From a virus (lineage: Duplodnaviria > Caudoviricetes), in the IMG/VR virus record IMGVR_UViG_3300021579_000010, positions 1 to 51,412 of that record: a stretch of DNA of 51,412 nt, one strand, 5' to 3'. The first letter of the stretch is position 1. The number at the start of each line of letters is the position of its first letter. Shown here piece by piece: positions 47,249 through 51,412 of the stretch. The notes under the pieces were generated by a model. It saw only the letters and a program-made list of their open reading frames with translations, did no database searches and was not told the origin of the DNA. The position numbers and the translations under genes were made by a program.

Positions 47249-47297
47249 AAATTTGATTGGTTTTACCTCAAAATCCCGCCGGAGCGGGTTGAGGTGT
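47249..47297 (-). repeat. 49-bp intergenic hairpin repeat, copy 2
   Basis: See copy 1. Confidence 0.85.
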
Positions 47298-47315
47298 AGT
47301 GTATGATTTTGGTTT

Positions 47316-47561
47316 TTACATCGTGGTGTAAATATTTTTAACTATCTTTTTACCTTTGGCACTTGGCGGGGTTGTTCTCGATACCATCTCCTGGTAAACA
47401 GCGCAAAGTATCATTTTAGGGGTTCCCATATCTGATTTATCATACTCAGATACGTTAATAGCTCCTGACATTATAGCTTTTTCGATTAGACGCTTAATCA
47501 TTTCCTGGTGGTCCTCCATAATTTGGAGAGTATTCAATTTCAATTGGTCTGCTGGTTCCAT
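47316..47561 (-). CDS. Hypothetical early protein
   Basis: MEPADQLK...; preceded by an AAAAATCAAAATTTTTATG initiation region. Confidence 0.65.
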   Translation of the reverse strand: MEPADQLKLNTLQIMEDHQEMIKRLIEKAIMSGAINVSEYDKSDMGTPKMILCAVYQEMVSRTTPPSAKGKKIVKNIYTTM

Positions 47562-47602
47562 AAAAATTTTGATTTTTGTAAAGTTATACAATTGTTTTGA
47601 GA

Positions 47603-48022
47603 TTACCTAATTAATTTTGATGCTTCGTGTGTGAGATGGGATAAAAGTTTTTCAGTTGCTTCAATGGCACCCGGTAACGCGGTATCAAGTACCATAACTA
47701 AATCACTCGTTTTCTGGTCCGCATTGGCTAATACCCCATCTTCACTGAGGGCTAAATCCAAGTCTTCCATTTGGGCCAATAGCTGAGCTACTTTGGCATA
47801 ATTTTGCTGTAGCTCGATTAATCTTTCACCTGGTATTAAACCACATTCTGTAAGGGTTTGAACCTTTGTAGGTGTAAAGGTTTGACCTGGTTTGAGCTTA
47901 CTTTTACCTGGAGTAAGGACCATAAATGAATAACCTTTGCAGCTACTTGATGGGCTTGCATACCCTAGGAACTTGCATGTTAGCCCGTTGGCTAATCTGT
48001 ATATTACGCCTGTTTTATACAT
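47603..48022 (-). CDS. Hypothetical early protein
   Basis: 139-aa ORF. Confidence 0.65.
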   Translation of the reverse strand: MYKTGVIYRLANGLTCKFLGYASPSSSCKGYSFMVLTPGKSKLKPGQTFTPTKVQTLTECGLIPGERLIELQQNYAKVAQLLAQMEDLDLALSEDGVLANADQKTSDLVMVLDTALPGAIEATEKLLSHLTHEASKLIR

Positions 48023-48306
48023 ACTTTTAAAGTTGGTTTGATTAAATGTGGATTTGATTTGAGATATTGTTCGCGCTCAGATTCTAATTTCTGGTGTAGT
48101 TTGATATACTTGAAATAATTTGTAGTAGCATTGGTGCCTGGTAGCTCCTTATAGTATGCTATTTTATTTTGGGCTTTTTGAATTTCAACCACATTATAGA
48201 AATACGGGTGTGCCTCATGTTCTTTGCGGACCTGTTCTAAGTGCTTCAGTAATTCACCCTGATTACTGAAGCTGCGTATTTGGCCGTTAATGTTTGTTTG
48301 TATCAT
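48004..48306 (-). CDS. Hypothetical early protein
   Basis: 100-aa ORF. Confidence 0.6.
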   Translation of the reverse strand: MIQTNINGQIRSFSNQGELLKHLEQVRKEHEAHPYFYNVVEIQKAQNKIAYYKELPGTNATTNYFKYIKLHQKLESEREQYLKSNPHLIKPTLKVCIKQA

Positions 48307-48316
48307 TTTGTTGGTT

Positions 48317-48772
48317 TTAAAGTAGTTCCCAATTTAGGCCCTTGTATCCCGTCTCGATTTTTGCCATATCCAATTTTATAGGATTGCCAAAGTCTATTGA
48401 GGACCATATTTCAGCTTCAGATTTCACAGGTGTTACCTGTGTGCGAAGGTTTTTGCAGGGTGCCACATAAACTGGATTACCAAATTCGTGTGTTACCATA
48501 ACATACTTTTCAGGGTGCAATTTTAGGTATTGCTTAGTTGTTAAGGGTTTTACCTTTAAATCCTTATACCCTTGGTTAACTAGCTCATTGTATAAGTCCT
48601 TATACTCATCAGGTGTGGCCCTTTGTAGGTCCTTCACATAATCAGGGTGACAGGCCGAATGTTGGCCTATGTGTACATAACAGGTTTTATTACCTTCGCT
48701 ATCTCCAATTATATCAGGAAAATAGGCTAAAATTTCACCGTCGGATTCTTTGTAGAAAATTACGTTTGTCAT
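48317..48772 (-). CDS. Conserved phage hypothetical protein
   Basis: 'VIF....GEILAYFP...YVHIGQHS...ATPDEY.DL..EL...GY' motif. Confidence 0.75.
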   Translation of the reverse strand: MTNVIFYKESDGEILAYFPDIIGDSEGNKTCYVHIGQHSACHPDYVKDLQRATPDEYKDLYNELVNQGYKDLKVKPLTTKQYLKLHPEKYVMVTHEFGNPVYVAPCKNLRTQVTPVKSEAEIWSSIDFGNPIKLDMAKIETGYKGLNWELL

Positions 48773-48783
48773 AAAATATATTT

Positions 48784-49017
48784 TTAACTTTTACATTCAA
48801 TTTTAATACGTTCAACTAATAATTCTTTTGTATCTGCCTCAAATACCCAACTTGGTATGGATTTAAAGGACCTTGTTTGCATATTCCGGTGGTACACATT
48901 AACCCTATGGTTAGGACCACTTTTAACATATTTGTACAAATAGTTTTCGCGTCCGATATACTGAGCATTAGTTATTTTTGGTTTAAGTACCTCGGTTATG
49001 AATTGTTCTTTTGTCAT
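48784..49017 (-). CDS. Hypothetical early protein
   Basis: 77-aa ORF. Confidence 0.6.
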   Translation of the reverse strand: MTKEQFITEVLKPKITNAQYIGRENYLYKYVKSGPNHRVNVYHRNMQTRSFKSIPSWVFEADTKELLVERIKIECKS

Positions 49018-49036
49018 AAGAATTTTTGATTTTAGA

Positions 49037-49312
49037 TTAACTAATTAATGGTACACATACGCCGGTTAAAACTGTATTTAACCTTTGCAAGATGGTAAGT
49101 GATAAATCTTTGCCGGCCCTTATTTCATGGCTGGATTCAATCATTTTAGCCATGTACTGTTCCTTTTGGGCATCGGTAACATGCGAGGCGTATTTATCCT
49201 CAATTCTGATACGCTTAGCCAAATTTTCCCAGTCTGTTACTACCTTATCGAGTGCAACTGTTAACCGTGTGCCGGTAACTACTTCTCCGGTATGTGTTGT
49301 AAATGATTCCAT
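49037..49312 (-). CDS. Hypothetical early protein
   Basis: 91-aa ORF, 'QRLNTVLTGVCVPL'. Confidence 0.65.
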   Translation of the reverse strand: MESFTTHTGEVVTGTRLTVALDKVVTDWENLAKRIRIEDKYASHVTDAQKEQYMAKMIESSHEIRAGKDLSLTILQRLNTVLTGVCVPLIS

Positions 49313-49325
49313 TTTTTTTTGATTT

Positions 49326-49541
49326 TTAGGCTAAACAGTCTTCAATAAATAACCAAAGTTTTTTATTTGAATACTTCGCAGTATCCGCGCTTGAGTATGG
49401 CGGAAAATTAGCAATTATAATATCCATGTGGTCCTGTAATAACCATTTCTTAATGTACTGCATTCTATCATATCTCGAATTTCCAACGGCCGTATGCGCA
49501 ATGTGCCATAATTCGGTAACTTTAATTTTTAGCTCTTCCAT
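49326..49541 (-). CDS. Hypothetical early protein
   Basis: 71-aa ORF. Confidence 0.6.
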   Translation of the reverse strand: MEELKIKVTELWHIAHTAVGNSRYDRMQYIKKWLLQDHMDIIIANFPPYSSADTAKYSNKKLWLFIEDCLA

Positions 49542-49609
49542 AACGTTTTATTAAGTTGTTTAATGCCTAATTGAATAGGCACCTATCACAAGACTTTAGA
49601 CCTTTTTAA

Positions 49610-49975
49610 TCAATTTGAATAGTTAGGATGTTGGTAAAGTACTATTTTACCCTTGCTAGTGGTAATCTTTACAATTGAGCTAGTTAAAGCTCCACCACCA
49701 TAAGAACGGGAATTATAGACTAATAAAGGCACTTTAATTTCTCCGGTGGAACGTCCTATATATCCGGTGGTATCAAATGTTTCATTACAACTTTTGCCGG
49801 TGGTGATATCTCCGTAATCAAATATTAATCTGGTTCTACTTTTAAAAGCATCAGATATTATTTGCATTACCTTTTCGTTGGTCCCTTCAGTGAAATATAA
49901 TCCACCATAAAGCCAATAGATTTTATTGAATTTTGCGTCCGTTGGATGCGTGTAATTAACTATTGAATAATTCAT
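49610..49975 (-). CDS. Conserved phage hypothetical protein
   Basis: 'YGD..TG.....D..GYIGRSTG..KVPLL..NSRSYGGGA' motif. Confidence 0.75.
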   Translation of the reverse strand: MNYSIVNYTHPTDAKFNKIYWLYGGLYFTEGTNEKVMQIISDAFKSRTRLIFDYGDITTGKSCNETFDTTGYIGRSTGEIKVPLLVYNSRSYGGGALTSSIVKITTSKGKIVLYQHPNYSN

Positions 49976-50094
49976 AATGTTTGAATTTTAGATTGTTTGA
50001 TTAAGAATAATTTTTGGTTACATTACACCAGATACATTTTACCTTATCTGGTGCCATCTGTATTTTTTATTACCGACTTTGGACGGTCTAAAAA

Positions 50095-50370
50095 TTAATC
50101 TCTGTCAAACAACCTGCAAACCTCTTCAAGTGCAAACCATGCCATAACATTTGTAATAGATGATTGTTCACACTTTCCACCACCTAAATAATTATAAAGC
50201 TCTTGTTTTTCGTCTGCATCCATGCCTTTTTTGCCGAATACACCGAACCCATTAACCATTATAACAACATCTTCGCCAAAGTCGTTGGCTTGTTCTTTTA
50301 ACCATGCTATAATTGCTTTTCTGTGCCTCATAGCAAATTTATGTGTATCATGGTAATAGATAAAACCATT
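50095..50370 (-). pseudogene. 5'-truncated conserved early gene ('GFIYYHDT..F' family)
   Basis: Frame reads NGFIYYHDTHKFAMRHRKAII..WFALEEV with an upstream in-frame TAG; first ATG only at 50331. Confidence 0.55.
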
Positions 50371-50431
50371 CTTTAGCCTGAATGTCTAAAGTTTTAATTG
50401 TGGTGTTCACTGCTGCTGTTTGATTGTTCAT
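50348..50431 (-). pseudogene. 3'-truncated early gene MNNQTAAVNTTIKTLDIQAKEWFYLLP*
   Basis: Strong AAAAATTCAAATTTTATG initiation region but only 27 codons. Confidence 0.5.
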
Positions 50432-50463
50432 AAAATTTGAATTTTTATTGAGTGAAAAATATA

Positions 50464-50679
50464 TTAATCGGCTAAAATTTGATCTAGTAATACTCTTATT
50501 TTTTTACCCTTATAGCTGATAATTGCACCTCCGAAATTACCGAACATGAATTGTTCTATTAATGTACGGGTAATTTGTTTACCTGATAAGGTAGTAAATG
50601 TGTGCTTTGATTTTACACCGTTAATATAATGCACGGATCTTGACCCGCTATTGTTTAAATAATAAGTTCCGTTTCTCAT
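50464..50679 (-). CDS. Hypothetical early protein
   Basis: 71 aa; 'FGNFG....SYKGKK'. Confidence 0.65.
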   Translation of the reverse strand: MRNGTYYLNNSGSRSVHYINGVKSKHTFTTLSGKQITRTLIEQFMFGNFGGAIISYKGKKIRVLLDQILAD

Positions 50680-50747
50680 AAAATTTGAATTTTTGATTGG
50701 TTAATATACCGGTGGGCCGGTATTTCGGGTAATAATGCCGTTATCAG

Positions 50748-50921
50748 TTAAACTATTTGCGTATAAAAACCTGAGTTAATACGGCGGGTAAATGTTGACA
50801 TTTTTATTTCGTATTGTGCACCGGTATTATCTAATACCAATACAGTTTGAAAATTACCCTCTGTTAAAGTAATTGTGCGTGTTAGGCCGTTTCTCTTAAC
50901 TACTGTTATTACTGTGTTCAT
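50748..50921 (-). CDS. 57-aa first early gene (not in ORF track)
   Basis: MNTVITVVKRNGLTRTITLTEGNFQ...FYTQIV*, directly downstream of the early promoter. Confidence 0.6.
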   Translation of the reverse strand: MNTVITVVKRNGLTRTITLTEGNFQTVLVLDNTGAQYEIKMSTFTRRINSGFYTQIV

Positions 50922-50963
50922 TTTATTGTTAGTTTAAATCTCCGCTTTATTGCTTCGACATGT

Positions 50964-50971
50964 CAAAGATA
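50964..50971 (-). promoter_or_regulatory. -7 element TATCTTTG of the leftward early operon
   Basis: Perfect TAnnTTTG with TTTG candidates ~20 nt upstream. Confidence 0.7.
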
Positions 50972-51058
50972 CAATGATTGTTTTGAAACAAACAAATTAT
51001 TTTCGAAAATTCTTTTTTGTAATACGTAAATCATTGATTATGTGCGTTACTGGATTAT

Positions 51059-51114
51059 GTAGATAGTAGGTATTAGATGGTAGATAGTAGGTATTAGATG
51101 GTAGATAGTAGGTA
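51059..51114. repeat. 21-bp tandem repeat GTAGATAGTAGGTATTAGATG x2.7
   Basis: Units at 51059, 51080 and a partial unit at 51101. Confidence 0.9.
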
Positions 51115-51290
51115 ACACTATAGCATAGCACCCTGGCAGCAGGTAACACTATAGCATAGCACCCTGGCAGCAGCCCGGAGCAGTAACACTATAGTACGGC
51201 ACCCTGGCAGCAGGTAACACTATAGCATAGCACCCTGGGAGCAGGTAACACTATAGCATAGCACCCTGGCAGCAGGCCAACAGGTAACAC
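51110..51290. repeat. 31-bp tandem repeat AGGTAACACTATAGCATAGCACCCTGGCAGC x5 plus partial
   Basis: Units at 51110, 51141, 51182 (variant), 51212, 51243; partial at 51282. Confidence 0.92.
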
Positions 51291-51331
51291 ATTATATGAT
51301 GCGCATGTTTGCAACAAACAAAGCTATTGAT

Positions 51332-51344
51332 TATCAAATAGTTA
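51332..51344 (+). promoter_or_regulatory. IHF-consensus-like site TATCAAATAGTTA
   Basis: Matches WATCAANNNNTTR; near-match AATCAGTAAATTA at 158-170 on the other side of the putative cos. Confidence 0.4.
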
Positions 51345-51399
51345 TGTATTTTGCTAATAACGTATTAAGGTACTCCCACACGTATTAGGATTTGGTGCA

Positions 51400-51412
51400 A
51401 TATATGGAAGCC
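51400..51412. repeat. 13-nt terminal repeat (right copy)
   Basis: Identical to 1..13. Confidence 0.75.

Noticed and set aside
51110-51290. CRISPR array
   Set aside because: Repeats are head-to-tail with no unique spacers, and there is no cas operon; DUF2800 is a replication-module nuclease.
1-51412. Stop-codon reassignment, diversity-generating retroelement, invertible fibre cassette, introns or inteins
   Set aside because: Core genes are full length in the standard code. No reverse transcriptase, invertase or homing endonuclease was recognised, and terL, PolA and the helicases have ordinary lengths.

Overview
The window looks like a complete ~51.4-kb contractile-tailed (myovirus-type) phage genome. 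A Bacteroidota host is inferred from TAnnTTTG promoters, AT-rich translation starts lacking a Shine-Dalgarno, Gln+1 signal peptides and a T9SS-like C-terminal tail. The first and last 13 nt are identical (ATATATGGAAGCC) and have dyad-symmetric flanks, which fits a filled-in 5' cos end cut by the lambda GpA-type terminase. Layout: (i) cos/origin-like repeat region; (ii) terminase; (iii) Mu-like tail and baseplate module lying between terL and gpW/portal; (iv) lambda-like head genes; (v) neck, fibre and lectin genes; (vi) multi-holin, u-spanin and CHAP lysis cassette; (vii) APSE-like replication module (DUF2800, DUF2815, PolA, VirE primase-helicase, MTase, dCTP deaminase, VRR-NUC, SNF2); (viii) a convergent minus-strand early region of small hypothetical genes. 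No integrase, tRNA or CRISPR array was seen. The main observation is that four genes in the head/neck/fibre operon carry Sec signal peptides with the Bacteroidota 'Q-rule' cleavage site, including a 775-aa fibre-like protein. An antisense moron in the tail module also encodes a signal peptide + GEVED domain + T9SS-CTD-like protein. This suggests a phage that routes virion-like proteins through the host secretion machinery. Other observations: a -1 frameshift tail chaperone, a duplicated 33-bp late-promoter element, deletion scars (including a 42-codon C5-methyltransferase stub), repeat-flanked gene cassettes and near-total GATC avoidance. All family assignments come from motif recognition by eye, not from database searches.
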